Of a DNA stretch of 64,000 bases, positions 20,428 through 30,042 are shown in pieces. This stretch comes from Candidatus Omnitrophota bacterium (GTDB taxonomy: Bacteria; Omnitrophota; Gorgyraeia; Duberdicusellales; 4484-171). The notes beneath the pieces were generated by a model, which made no database searches, had not been told where the DNA came from, and saw only the letters and a list, made by a program, of their open reading frames with translations. The position numbers and the translations under genes are program-made. The stretch is taken from assembly GCA_037146775.1 (NCBI GenBank), contig JBAWWL010000002.1:198554-262553 (forward strand), read 5' to 3'. Every line of letters starts with the position of its first letter. Within the stretch, counting starts at the first letter, position 1.

Positions 20428-21159
20428 ATGGATATGCCAGAAGATCAAGCTCATCTAGGCGGTTATTTTAAAGGGGATCCGAATGCGTGGTGTCCGGATC
20501 TTTGGAATCTTGTGCATGATAAGCTGCATGTGAAATCGGTTTTGGATGTCGGCTGTGGCATAGGACGCTCTACGGCTTATTTTAAAAAGATAGGTTGTGA
20601 AGTGTTGGGGGTTGACGGCAGCCCCGAAGCCAAGCACGAAAGTCTGATCCCGGAGTTTCATATAGTCCATGATTTTACCAAAGGCCCCTTTATCCCGCCC
20701 AAAAAATATGACTTGATTTGGTCCTGCGAATTTGTAGAACACGTGGAAGAGCCATGTCTGGATAATATCCTTCAAACATTTGGCAGTAGTAACAAATATA
20801 TAATGATGACGCATGCGCAGCCGGGGCAAATGGGTTATCATCATGTGAATTGTCGGTCCGGAGTGTATTGGATAACAAAATTATATAAAATCGGATTTAA
20901 GATCGATTTTTGTTTAACAAAGGAAGCCAGGAAGGTGGCCGGCCATGGTTATTTTAAAAAAGACGGTTTAGTCTTTATCAGGCAGCAAGGCGCGACGGGA
21001 TCAGTTCCTGTGGTTTTTTATGTGTCAGTATTATTGCACCAGTGTATCTGGTATATGCAATATATTATTAGTTTCTGTAAAGAAAAAGGGTTCCCGGAGA
21101 CAATAAGAAAATTATACGGTAGGTTGTTGAGGGTAGGTTTTCTATGTTCCCAAAAGTAG
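20428..21159 (+). CDS. Class I SAM-dependent methyltransferase
   Basis: Motif I VLDVGCGIGRST and an acidic residue after beta-2 (VLGVDGS). Confidence 0.55.
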   Translation: MDMPEDQAHLGGYFKGDPNAWCPDLWNLVHDKLHVKSVLDVGCGIGRSTAYFKKIGCEVLGVDGSPEAKHESLIPEFHIVHDFTKGPFIPPKKYDLIWSCEFVEHVEEPCLDNILQTFGSSNKYIMMTHAQPGQMGYHHVNCRSGVYWITKLYKIGFKIDFCLTKEARKVAGHGYFKKDGLVFIRQQGATGSVPVVFYVSVLLHQCIWYMQYIISFCKEKGFPETIRKLYGRLLRVGFLCSQK

Positions 21160-22823
21160 CGGTTATCATCCTTAATTATAACGGTAAAGACGATACCTTG
21201 GAATGCTTGGAGTCCGTTGATAAGATCGATTATCCCCATCTTGAAGTGGTTGTCGCGGATAACGGTTCGGCCGATGGATCCCTCGAGGCTATCCGCCATA
21301 AATTTCCGCAAACAAAAAACATTGCTCATAACGTAAATTTAGGATATGCCGAAGGAAATAACCGTGCAATTCTTGATGCGGTGTCACGGGGCGCCGAGTA
21401 CATTCTTCTTTTAAATAATGATGTCGTTGTCGATGCGGGAATCGTCGGTTATTTGATGCACGCGATAGAAAAGTTGCCTCAAGCAGCGTTTCTAAGCCCG
21501 AAAATATATTATTTTGCAGAGCCAAATAGAATTTGGTTTGCCGGTGGGTACTGGTCATCTAGGTGCGCTAATATTATTTCATCGGGATACCAACAAATAG
21601 ATGATTGCGTCAGTTGGGAGGAAACCAAAGAAACGGAATTTGTATTTGGCTGCGCCATGTTTTTTAAGGCCGATATTATCAAACATATTAATTTAATGTC
21701 TTCGGAATATTTCTTGGTGTGGGAGGAAAGCGATTGGTGCATGCGGGCCAGAAAGTTAGGATATAAGTGTTATATTGTGCCGGCGGCCAAAGCCTGGCAC
21801 AAGATTGAAGCTTCTTTCCGGAAGGCATCCGATGGGCTCTTACGGTATTATTTTTGGAATAGAAATCGGCTGCTTTGGATGGAACGAAATATTTCATGGT
21901 CAGAAAGACTATATGTTTTATCGGTAATTGTTATACCCCAAATATTTAAAAATTTCGTTGGACTGTTTGACTTTCAAGCCTGGTCGCTGAGGCGGCTACG
22001 TTGTAAGGTTTATATGTGTGCGGTACATGACTATGTATTTCGCAGATTCGGCGATGCTCCGGGTGAGCTTTACAAGATGCTAAAAAACTTTATTGCCCAG
22101 AAGCCCGAAACTTTGATTATTATAACACCTACATATCCGCGTGCTAATCGGATTGCTTGTCTCGATCGATGTGCAAATGTTTTTAAAAAAGTTGATGAAT
22201 TATTATGGATTGTTATCGAGGACGGAGCTGCCTTGAATGAGGAAGTTACGCAGCTGCTTAAACAAAGCGGCATCAACCATATATATCTGCATTTTGGTCC
22301 GACGCGTTGTTGGGGCAATGAACAACGTAATCATGCTCTGGAATATATCAGAGATAATAACATAAAAGGTATTGTGTACCTGGCCGATGACGATAACTAT
22401 TATGATCCTCGTTTGTTTACCGAGATTAGAAAAACAAAAAAAGTTTCCATTTTTCCTGTCGGTAATCTCGGTCCCAATGGTATAGAACGGCCGGTTATCT
22501 CGGGCGGAAAAATAATTGGCTGGGATGCCCATTGGCTAGACCGTAAGTTCCCCGTTGATATGGCTGGTTTTGCATTTAACGCTGATATACTGCAAGGTTT
22601 AGAAGGACAACCTTGGAATTATTGTCCAGCAGATAAAAGACGCGGCGGGGAAAGTGAGTTCCTGGAGCGGCTGGTTGCTACAAGCGATGAATTGGAGGTG
22701 CTGTGCGACTCATGTACAAGGTGCTATGCGTGGCATAATTTACCGCTTGACGTGAATCCACTATGGGCTGTTATTCATGCGCGATTATGGAAATTTCTGA
22801 AGCGCATGATTTCTAAGATGTGA
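21144..22823 (+). CDS. Bidomain glycosyltransferase: N-terminal GT2 (GT-A) fused to a C-terminal GT43-like (beta-1,3-glucuronyltransferase-like) domain
   Basis: GT2 signature: VAVIILNYNGKDDTLECLESV..VVVADNGSADGS. The C-terminal half has IIITPTYPRANR, WIVIEDG and VYLADDDNYYDPRLFTEIR, which closely mirror the GT43 motifs (I.VVTPTY.R, WIVVED, FADDDNTYS..LF). Confidence 0.6.
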   Translation: MFPKVAVIILNYNGKDDTLECLESVDKIDYPHLEVVVADNGSADGSLEAIRHKFPQTKNIAHNVNLGYAEGNNRAILDAVSRGAEYILLLNNDVVVDAGIVGYLMHAIEKLPQAAFLSPKIYYFAEPNRIWFAGGYWSSRCANIISSGYQQIDDCVSWEETKETEFVFGCAMFFKADIIKHINLMSSEYFLVWEESDWCMRARKLGYKCYIVPAAKAWHKIEASFRKASDGLLRYYFWNRNRLLWMERNISWSERLYVLSVIVIPQIFKNFVGLFDFQAWSLRRLRCKVYMCAVHDYVFRRFGDAPGELYKMLKNFIAQKPETLIIITPTYPRANRIACLDRCANVFKKVDELLWIVIEDGAALNEEVTQLLKQSGINHIYLHFGPTRCWGNEQRNHALEYIRDNNIKGIVYLADDDNYYDPRLFTEIRKTKKVSIFPVGNLGPNGIERPVISGGKIIGWDAHWLDRKFPVDMAGFAFNADILQGLEGQPWNYCPADKRRGGESEFLERLVATSDELEVLCDSCTRCYAWHNLPLDVNPLWAVIHARLWKFLKRMISKM

Positions 22824-22904
22824 AAATGGATAGCAGGACGAAACCACGCGAAAAAATCATAAACGATACCGTCTTTGTTAAATTATATACAAAAATAGAT
22901 TGAA

Positions 22905-24309
22905 ATGGCAAGAATATTATTGATTTCAGTATATGATATTAATGCAGAGGGGTTGAGAAGCCTATCTGCTCTGTTGAAGAGTAAAGGACATCAACCGTAT
23001 ATCGTATTCCTTAAGCGATACGGAAAAAGCGGCTCTTTTGTCTTTAATTGGCGAGGTCAAGCCTGAGCTTATCGGTATTTCAGTAACAACGCCGTTAAGA
23101 AAAAAGGCAGTCGAAATATCGCTATTGATAAAGAACATATATGCTATACCGATTGTTTGGGGAGGTCCAGATCCAACTATAAGCGCACAAGATTGCTTAG
23201 CGTATTGTGACTTCGTATGTGTCGGTGAGGGAGAAAAAACTATTATTGATATTGCTTCGGCGCTTGATGTAAAGGATGACATCAAGAAAGTGAATAATAT
23301 CGCGTATATGGCAGCTGATAGATGTGTTCGAAATCCTCTGAATCCTTTGGTAATCGATTTAGATAGTCTTCCTTTTAAAGATATAGATAAGGATAATAAG
23401 TTTTTGATAGAAGATAATATGTTGATAAGAAATTTCCATGAAGTAAGCAACACATTAAATTATAAATATCATCTGATAGGTGCGCGAGGGTGCCCCTATG
23501 GCTGTTCGTATTGTTGCGAAGATTTCTATAAAAAATTGTACGATAAACAAGTTTTTTTAAGAAGAAGGTCTGTTTCTCACATAATACAAGAATTAGAAGA
23601 AGCAAAGATAATACGCTACAAATTTGTTCAATTTGAAGATGAAGTTTTTTCTTATGACTATGATTGGTTATTGGAATTTAAAGATAGGTATAAAAGCGAG
23701 ATTAACCTTCCATTCACATGTTATATTTATCCAAATAAAAATATCGAAAGGCAATTGAAAATTTTGAAAGAAACAGGTCTCACTCGCACATGCTTGGCAT
23801 TGCAATCAGGTAGTGGTAGGATAAACAAACAAATATTTAATAGAGTTTTCGATAGAGAACTTTTTATAAAAACAGCTAGGTTGCTGAAATCAATGGATAT
23901 AGAGTATTACGTTGATGTTATAACGTTTAATCCTTTCGAGACAGAGGAAGACCTGCGGTTAACCTTGGACGTTCTCAATGAACTGCCGAGGCCATTCTGG
24001 TTGTGTATTAACAAGCTATATGTTCTCAAAGGTACAAAAATATATACTTTGCTTAAAGATTATAAAAAAACAATAAAGAGTGCGATTCCGGAAAGACTTT
24101 TTACCTACTACAGCCTTCTATTTTGGCGGACAACAGAGTATCATAAAAACCTGGTCAAGTTTATATATGCGATAAGAATATTTAAGTATTTTCCAGCTTT
24201 GTTTAATTATACATCAAAAATATATTCCTGTATTCGTAATCCCAGAGATATTCCTAAAAGAATAAAACGAAAGTTCATCAAAGGGGTCAGACCTTCAGAT
24301 GTCAGATAA
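22905..24309 (+). pseudogene. B12-binding radical SAM enzyme interrupted by a +1 frameshift in a T-run (~23036-23039), with its C-terminus replaced by a REP-like repeat
   Basis: The ATG at 22905 encodes MARILLISVYDINAEGLRSLSALLKSKGHQPYIVFL..., a typical B12-binding-domain start, and stops at 23055. Frame +1 from TTG 23038 continues with ..KPELIGISVTT.. and the radical SAM CPYGCSYC motif. The last 9 codons (KGVRPSDVR*) are encoded by the 30-nt repeat at 24280-24309. Confidence 0.5.
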
Positions 24310-24313
24310 ATTG
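24280..24313 (+). repeat. REP-like 30-nt element copy (AAAGGGGTCAGACCTTCAGATGTCAGATAAATTG) immediately upstream of the transposase gene
   Basis: Exact match to the core at 19436-19472. Lies 32 bp upstream of the transposase (RAYT-like) start. Confidence 0.6.
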
Positions 24314-24344
24314 ACAAAGCATTAACAAATGTTATCATACGTTC

Positions 24345-25289
24345 ATGGCAAGACCTTATAGAATCCAAGGTGAAAATTGTCTTTACCATATAACCAGCCG
24401 CGGCGATGACCGCAAGAAAATTTTTATCAGCGAAGTAGACTACACAAAATTCCTCGAATATTTAAAGTCAGCTCAAGCAAAATTCAAATTTTATCTTTAC
24501 GCCTATTGTTTGATGGACAATCATTACCATCTTTTCCTGGAAACCGCTCAGGCTAATCTTTCAAGGATAATGCAATATATCAATACTTCCTATACTGTGT
24601 ATTACAACGTAAAACGTAAGAAATGCGGGCATTTGTTTCAGGGGAGGTATAAATCTATCCTGGTGGAGGCAGACAGTTATTTTCTCGAATTAACCCGCTA
24701 CATTCACTTAAATCCAGTCAGGGCTAAAATAGTTACTGATCCGGAAGCATACAGGTGGTCGAGCTATAACGAATATATCAAAAAAACAAAAGATAACCGT
24801 ATAGACAAAGAACAGCTACGCAAATATTATAAGCTATCTTGTGGTAGCTATAAAACATTTATACTTGATGGCATAAATAAAGAAGAATCGCCTCTTAGTA
24901 ACTTATATGCCGGCTGCATCCTGGGAAAAGAAAAATTCATCAAAGATACGCTTGCTGCTTTAAAAATTACTGTCGAGAGCAAAGATTTTTCTCATAAGAA
25001 GACACTCAGTGGTGTAGATCCAAAAATAATAATTCAAGAAGTTGCTGACTATTACAAAAAAGAGCCCGAGGTGTTATATAAAGCCGCAAAGAAACCTGTG
25101 TTGGCAAAAAAGATAGCAGTATATTTATTGAAAAAATTAACCGGTTTAACCAATAAAGAAATAGGTGATATGTTTGGTATAGGATATTCTGGGGTAAGTT
25201 GGATTGCCCAGAACGTTGAGGGAATAATAAGCCGAGACACTAAGGTAAAAGAAGACATCGCGAGACTTATCTTACGTCTGAAGGCCTGA
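24345..25289 (+). CDS. HUH (Y1) transposase of the IS200/IS605-TnpA/RAYT type with a C-terminal DnaA-domain-IV-like HTH
   Basis: HUH motif in CLMDNHYHLFLE. The N-terminal MARPYRIQGENCLYHITSRG is typical of TnpA_IS200/RAYT. The C-terminal KIAVYLLKKLTGLTNKEIGDMFGIGYSGVS resembles the DnaA C-terminal HTH. Confidence 0.65.
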   Translation: MARPYRIQGENCLYHITSRGDDRKKIFISEVDYTKFLEYLKSAQAKFKFYLYAYCLMDNHYHLFLETAQANLSRIMQYINTSYTVYYNVKRKKCGHLFQGRYKSILVEADSYFLELTRYIHLNPVRAKIVTDPEAYRWSSYNEYIKKTKDNRIDKEQLRKYYKLSCGSYKTFILDGINKEESPLSNLYAGCILGKEKFIKDTLAALKITVESKDFSHKKTLSGVDPKIIIQEVADYYKKEPEVLYKAAKKPVLAKKIAVYLLKKLTGLTNKEIGDMFGIGYSGVSWIAQNVEGIISRDTKVKEDIARLILRLKA

Positions 25290-25321
25290 TCCCGCGGGTG
25301 CAAACTTTTCAATAACAACTC

Positions 25322-26305
25322 ATGTCTAAAAGAATTAAGAATTTATTAAAAAAAATCATAAGGAGCAATCCTGCGGTATTTAATTTTTATAGTTCCATCT
25401 ATCGTAAAATAAACCCCTTACAAGTTGAGTATGGATGGGGAGCATTGCCAAAATTAGTAATGATTGAACCTACAAACGTTTGTAATTTTTCTTGCGTTAT
25501 GTGTCCAGGCAAATTAATGAAACGCAAGCGCGGTTTTATGGAATTAAAACTATTCAAGTTGGTCCTTGATAAGGTCCAGGAAGCAGGAATTTCTCACATT
25601 ATCCTTCATACTGTAGGAGAGCCCTTAATGCACCCAAAATTTTTAGAAATGCTGAAGCTTTCTGTTTTGTGTCCTACGATTAAAAAAGTAGAATTCTACA
25701 CAAACGGGTCATTATTGGATGAAACATATATGAAAGAGATATTGAATATGAAGATATGCAGAGTTTATGTTTCATTCAGCGGCTGGGATAAGAAAAGTTA
25801 CGAAACGAGATATTGCGGCGGAGTGTTTGAAGATATAGTTAAGAAGCTAACAATGTTTAATCAAATGATACGTGCTTACGGGGCACCCTTGCAAACACTT
25901 ATGATAAGCGGGCTGGTGGATGAAGAATGGGAAAAAGAGAAAGTAATAATTTTTTTAAAAAATATCGGCTTGGAAACCAGTCAAGTCAGTCTTTTGCATC
26001 CTTTCAATTGGATTGGTTTTATTTTGAACAGCTATAACTGTAGCATTGACGGGCACGACAATACTAAAAGTAAACAGCGAGCCTGTTATTTTATCCGTGA
26101 TAACCCCGGCATTTTGCATGATGGTAAAGTAACAGCATGTGGTTGCCATGATATTAATGGCGAGCTTCTTATCGGCGATATTCAAAAACAAAGTATATCG
26201 GAAATCAGGAAAGGAGCATATTTTAAAGAAATTGTATGTAAACTTAAGCAAGGGAATTTGGGCGGTCTGGTTTGTCACAAGTGTGACGCTGTTGAAAGAT
26301 GGTGA
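25322..26305 (+). CDS. Radical SAM enzyme with a C-terminal SPASM/twitch-like Cys cluster
   Basis: CNFSCVMC (CxxxCxxC). Glycine-rich GEPLMHP. C-terminal cysteines ACGCHD...CHKCD. Confidence 0.7.
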   Translation: MSKRIKNLLKKIIRSNPAVFNFYSSIYRKINPLQVEYGWGALPKLVMIEPTNVCNFSCVMCPGKLMKRKRGFMELKLFKLVLDKVQEAGISHIILHTVGEPLMHPKFLEMLKLSVLCPTIKKVEFYTNGSLLDETYMKEILNMKICRVYVSFSGWDKKSYETRYCGGVFEDIVKKLTMFNQMIRAYGAPLQTLMISGLVDEEWEKEKVIIFLKNIGLETSQVSLLHPFNWIGFILNSYNCSIDGHDNTKSKQRACYFIRDNPGILHDGKVTACGCHDINGELLIGDIQKQSISEIRKGAYFKEIVCKLKQGNLGGLVCHKCDAVERW

Positions 26306-26461
26306 TAGCCAGGGTTAGCGGAATTATGGGTAAGCAAATATTAAAGGGATTTATGTATCCCGAAAATCTACCGCTTTTGATATACCGATGGATGTGAATC
26401 TGTGGAGGATTACAAGGGTTCGACGTAGCTGGCCACCAGAGAGATTGAAAAGGAGAAGGCG

Positions 26462-27967
26462 ATGAAAGTAACATTAATTTACCCAAATATAAATAATATT
26501 CCGAGTTATAGTTTTGGATTGGGCATTATTGCCGCTTACTTGAAGCAAAACGGCCACAAGGTCCAGGGGTTCTATATAGATTCAGAGACAGAAGAAGATA
26601 TCGACTTGGTGAATATTGAAAAACAGATAAAGAAATTCAATCCAGGGTTAATAGGATTTTCATCTGTCTCCAACCAATATAACTTTGTAAAACTGATCGC
26701 AAGGCACTTAAAGCGTAGTGGCATAAATGCGAAGATTATCGTTGGGGGGGCTCATCCCACGATTGCTCCCGAGGAAGTTATAAAAGAAAATTTTATTGAT
26801 ATGGTTTGTGTGGGCGAAGGAGAAGACGCAATCCTCGAATTAGTTAATAAATTAGACAAAAAAGAGGATATCTCGAATGTAAGAAATATTTGGTTAAAGA
26901 AGGGTGATAGAGTATTAAGAAATGGCTTAAGGCCTTTGATTAAAGATCTAGGGAGGCTGCCTTTCGCCGACAGAAATTTATTTGATTTCAGAAATATTTT
27001 AGAAAAAAGGAGAGGTTGGGTCAATATTTTAGTTAGCCGCGGTTGCCCATTTCAGTGCAGTTATTGTATTAACCATTATCTTGGAAAGATAAATAAAGAA
27101 AAATTCACAATTAGGATGAGGCCGATTGATCATGTTTTGTCAGAAATTGCTGAGATTGAGAAAGGGCAGGAAATAAAAATGGTTAACTTTGCCGACGATG
27201 CCTTTACGGTCAACAAAGAATGGACATTGAAATTTTGTAAAGAATATCCTAAAAAGTTTAAAAAATACCCTTTTGCGTGTAATGCGAGGACAACCAACTT
27301 TGATGAAACATTAGCATGTGCTCTGAAAAAAGCCGGATGTGCTGAAGTTAAGATGGGTCTTGAGTCCGGTTCAGGAAGGGTAAGAGAGGAGATTTTGAAT
27401 AGATCTATGACGAATGGACAGATTGAAAAAGCATTTAGTGTAGCAAAAAAATTTGGGATAAGAACATGGGCATTCAATATGATTGGAATACCTACGGAAA
27501 CAAAAAATGAATTATTAGAAACAATTAAGTTAAATGCTAAGATAAGACCCTACATATTATGGTGCTCCATACTATTTCCATATAAAGGTACAAAGCTTTA
27601 TGAGCGGTGTCTTAAAGAAGGGATAATTGATAAAAATAAACAATTTAAATATACTTCCTATTTTAACGGAACAATATTAAAATTGAAAGATTTCACCGAG
27701 GCCGATATTGTGAGATATAAAACAATGTTTAGGTGGTATGTTGATGCCTACAGTAATATTGAGGTTGCGCCCCTTTACAAAGGGCTTGTAAGTTTGTTCG
27801 AGGCCTTACCAAGTAAAATGTGGATGACTAAAGAAGCCCAGAAATTATTCAAGGAGCTAGATGGTAATGTCGATGATTTATTAAAAATATTAAAAAAAGA
27901 ACATTATAGTTCAAGGGGTCATCTTTATTTAAATTTTTCTGCGGCAACGAATTGGGAGTTGCCCTAG
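26462..27967 (+). CDS. B12-binding radical SAM enzyme (class B radical SAM family)
   Basis: N-terminal B12-binding domain (MKVTLIYPN..GLGIIAAYLKQNGHKV..GFSSVSNQ). Radical SAM VSRGCPFQCSYC. Confidence 0.75.
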   Translation: MKVTLIYPNINNIPSYSFGLGIIAAYLKQNGHKVQGFYIDSETEEDIDLVNIEKQIKKFNPGLIGFSSVSNQYNFVKLIARHLKRSGINAKIIVGGAHPTIAPEEVIKENFIDMVCVGEGEDAILELVNKLDKKEDISNVRNIWLKKGDRVLRNGLRPLIKDLGRLPFADRNLFDFRNILEKRRGWVNILVSRGCPFQCSYCINHYLGKINKEKFTIRMRPIDHVLSEIAEIEKGQEIKMVNFADDAFTVNKEWTLKFCKEYPKKFKKYPFACNARTTNFDETLACALKKAGCAEVKMGLESGSGRVREEILNRSMTNGQIEKAFSVAKKFGIRTWAFNMIGIPTETKNELLETIKLNAKIRPYILWCSILFPYKGTKLYERCLKEGIIDKNKQFKYTSYFNGTILKLKDFTEADIVRYKTMFRWYVDAYSNIEVAPLYKGLVSLFEALPSKMWMTKEAQKLFKELDGNVDDLLKILKKEHYSSRGHLYLNFSAATNWELP

Positions 27968-28173
27968 TTTTCTGTCGTTTAGAGACCAAGATTTTCTTGT
28001 TGAAATAGAAGTAGATGCAGTGGGTATAATCTAAAAGAATCGAAATCTTGCAAAAATGTGCTTAAGAAAGTCTGTATCCGGGCATCCGGCCGGTGATTGA
28101 TTGTAATGGCGCAAGATGATTAGTCTATCTGCAGCCGATTGCAAAAAATAAAGTTATAAAAGAAAAAAGGGAG

Positions 28174-29838
28174 ATGTCTATGCAAAAAAACCGTAAGTCC
28201 ACCGTTGCTACCTATCTTATAAAGCGTCTTGAGCAAGCAGGGCTAAAGCATATCTTTGGTGTCCCGGGAGATTATGTGCTCACGTTTTTTGATTATCTTG
28301 AAAAGAGCAATCTGAAGGTGGTTTGTAATTGTAATGAACTGAACGCCGGCTACGCGGCTGATGCTTACGGACGGTTAAGCGGCCTATCGGCTGTTTGCGT
28401 TACATATGGCGTAGGTGGGTTTAGTCTTTTTAACGCGGTTGTGGGCGCATTTGCAGAGCGTATACCACTTGTTGTTATAAGCGGAGCACCAAGGATTTTC
28501 GAACGGGCTCATCATCACCTGTTGCACCATACTACCGGCGACATAAATCTTCAGTACAGCATGTACGAAAAAGTAACCGTTGCCTCATGTGTGTTGACCA
28601 ATCCAGAACAAGCTCCCGCCCAAATTGATAAGACTATTGAGGCTTGTTTGAAGTTTAAGCGTCCGGTTTATATCGAAGTCCCTATTGATATTGTTCATTG
28701 TGCGTGTCCAGAACCGGGGTCGTTTGCTATGGATACAATTATCACAAGCGATAGGCCATCTCTTGACGAAGCCGTTTCCGAGGCAGTCACGTTACTCCAG
28801 GAGGCCGCACAGCCGGTGATTCTTGCTGGCGTCGAGACTCATCGTTTTAGAATTCAGCGCCAACTGCAAAATCTTATAGAGCATAGCGGGTATCCATTTG
28901 CTTCGTCGTTATTAGGAAAAACGGTCCTCCCCGAAGAGCATCCGCAATTTGTAGGTGTGTATGGAGGGGTTGCCAGCTGGGAAAGTGCGCGTAAAATAGT
29001 TCAGCGGGCAGATATTATTTTGTGTTTGGGTACGATCATGACTGATATAGAAATAGGAGGATGTAAACCTTTGCTTGATCCCGGCCGGATGATCATCGCT
29101 AATTCCGACAAGGTCCGCATTAAACACCATGTGTATAATCACATAAGTCTCAAGGATTTTATGGTCGGCTTGAAGAGTAAGCTAAAAAAAGGTAAAGTCG
29201 TTAAAGTTTCAAATTCTTACCATCCGTCCAGCGCACTGAAAACGGAATATAAGGTGCAGTCCGGACAGAAAATTACGGTGAAGCGTTTTTATCAAAGGAT
29301 GAATAGTTTCATAGACAGGAAATCGATTGTACTTGGGGAATCGGGAGATTCTTTATTTAATGTAGCAAGCCTCTTTTTACCGAAAGGAGCATCTTGTATT
29401 GATCAGGCGTTTTATCTTTCTATCGGTTATACTGTGCCCGGTACGCTTGGTGCCGGCCTTGCCGCCCCGGATTCGAGGGTAATAACTTTTGTGGGAGACG
29501 GCGCGTTCCAGATGACTGCCCAGGAAGTGTCCACGATTATCAGAGAGAAGTTAAATCCTATTATTTTTGTTATGAATAACGATGGGTATACCATTGAGCG
29601 TGTCATGGTTGATGGCGCCTTTAACGATATTCAGATGTGGAAGTATTCCGAACTGCCAACTGTTTTTGGCGGCGGGTGGGGGTGTGTTGTCAAAACAGAA
29701 GATGATCTTGAAGCTGCTTTATTGGAAGCAAGGCGGCGCAAAAACGAGTTCGCGCTTATCGAGGTGCGGTTGGATAAATTTGATTGTTCTGAGGCCGTAC
29801 GAATGTATGGTATAAAATACAAAGCAGCAAAGCAGTAA
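28174..29838 (+). CDS. Thiamine-diphosphate-dependent 2-keto-acid decarboxylase (pyruvate/indolepyruvate decarboxylase family)
   Basis: N-terminal GVPGDYVLTFFD (PYR domain). C-terminal TPP motif GDGAFQMTAQE...NNDGYTIER. No FAD-binding middle domain typical of acetolactate synthase. Confidence 0.75.
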   Translation: MSMQKNRKSTVATYLIKRLEQAGLKHIFGVPGDYVLTFFDYLEKSNLKVVCNCNELNAGYAADAYGRLSGLSAVCVTYGVGGFSLFNAVVGAFAERIPLVVISGAPRIFERAHHHLLHHTTGDINLQYSMYEKVTVASCVLTNPEQAPAQIDKTIEACLKFKRPVYIEVPIDIVHCACPEPGSFAMDTIITSDRPSLDEAVSEAVTLLQEAAQPVILAGVETHRFRIQRQLQNLIEHSGYPFASSLLGKTVLPEEHPQFVGVYGGVASWESARKIVQRADIILCLGTIMTDIEIGGCKPLLDPGRMIIANSDKVRIKHHVYNHISLKDFMVGLKSKLKKGKVVKVSNSYHPSSALKTEYKVQSGQKITVKRFYQRMNSFIDRKSIVLGESGDSLFNVASLFLPKGASCIDQAFYLSIGYTVPGTLGAGLAAPDSRVITFVGDGAFQMTAQEVSTIIREKLNPIIFVMNNDGYTIERVMVDGAFNDIQMWKYSELPTVFGGGWGCVVKTEDDLEAALLEARRRKNEFALIEVRLDKFDCSEAVRMYGIKYKAAKQ

Positions 29839-29980
29839 ACAGATAAAGACAGTAATTGAAAATCAGGAAGGAATTGCTGCCGAAGAATGATCTTAATTTA
29901 TCAAGAAATAATGAATAATTGGTCGGCTGTTACGCGTGGCGAGCCAATGCAACAGCATGGAAAATAAAGGCGTTTTAGGG

Positions 29981-30008
29981 TTTATCTGACATCTGAAGGT
30001 CTGACCCC
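29981..30008 (-). repeat. REP-like 30-nt element copy in inverted orientation
   Basis: TTTATCTGACATCTGAAGGTCTGACCCC is the reverse complement of the core GGGGTCAGACCTTCAGATGTCAGATAAA. Confidence 0.6.
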
Positions 30009-30042
30009 AAAGCCAAAGTAGGACACTAGTGAAAGTAGGAAG

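Larger units (their letters stand above)
24280..25300 (+). mobile_element. Possible minimal IS200/IS605-like unit (repeat-tnpA-CCCGCGGG palindrome)
   Basis: Repeat copy upstream, the Y1 transposase, and the palindrome CCCGCGGG at 25291-25298 just after the stop. The true ends are not defined. Confidence 0.3.
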
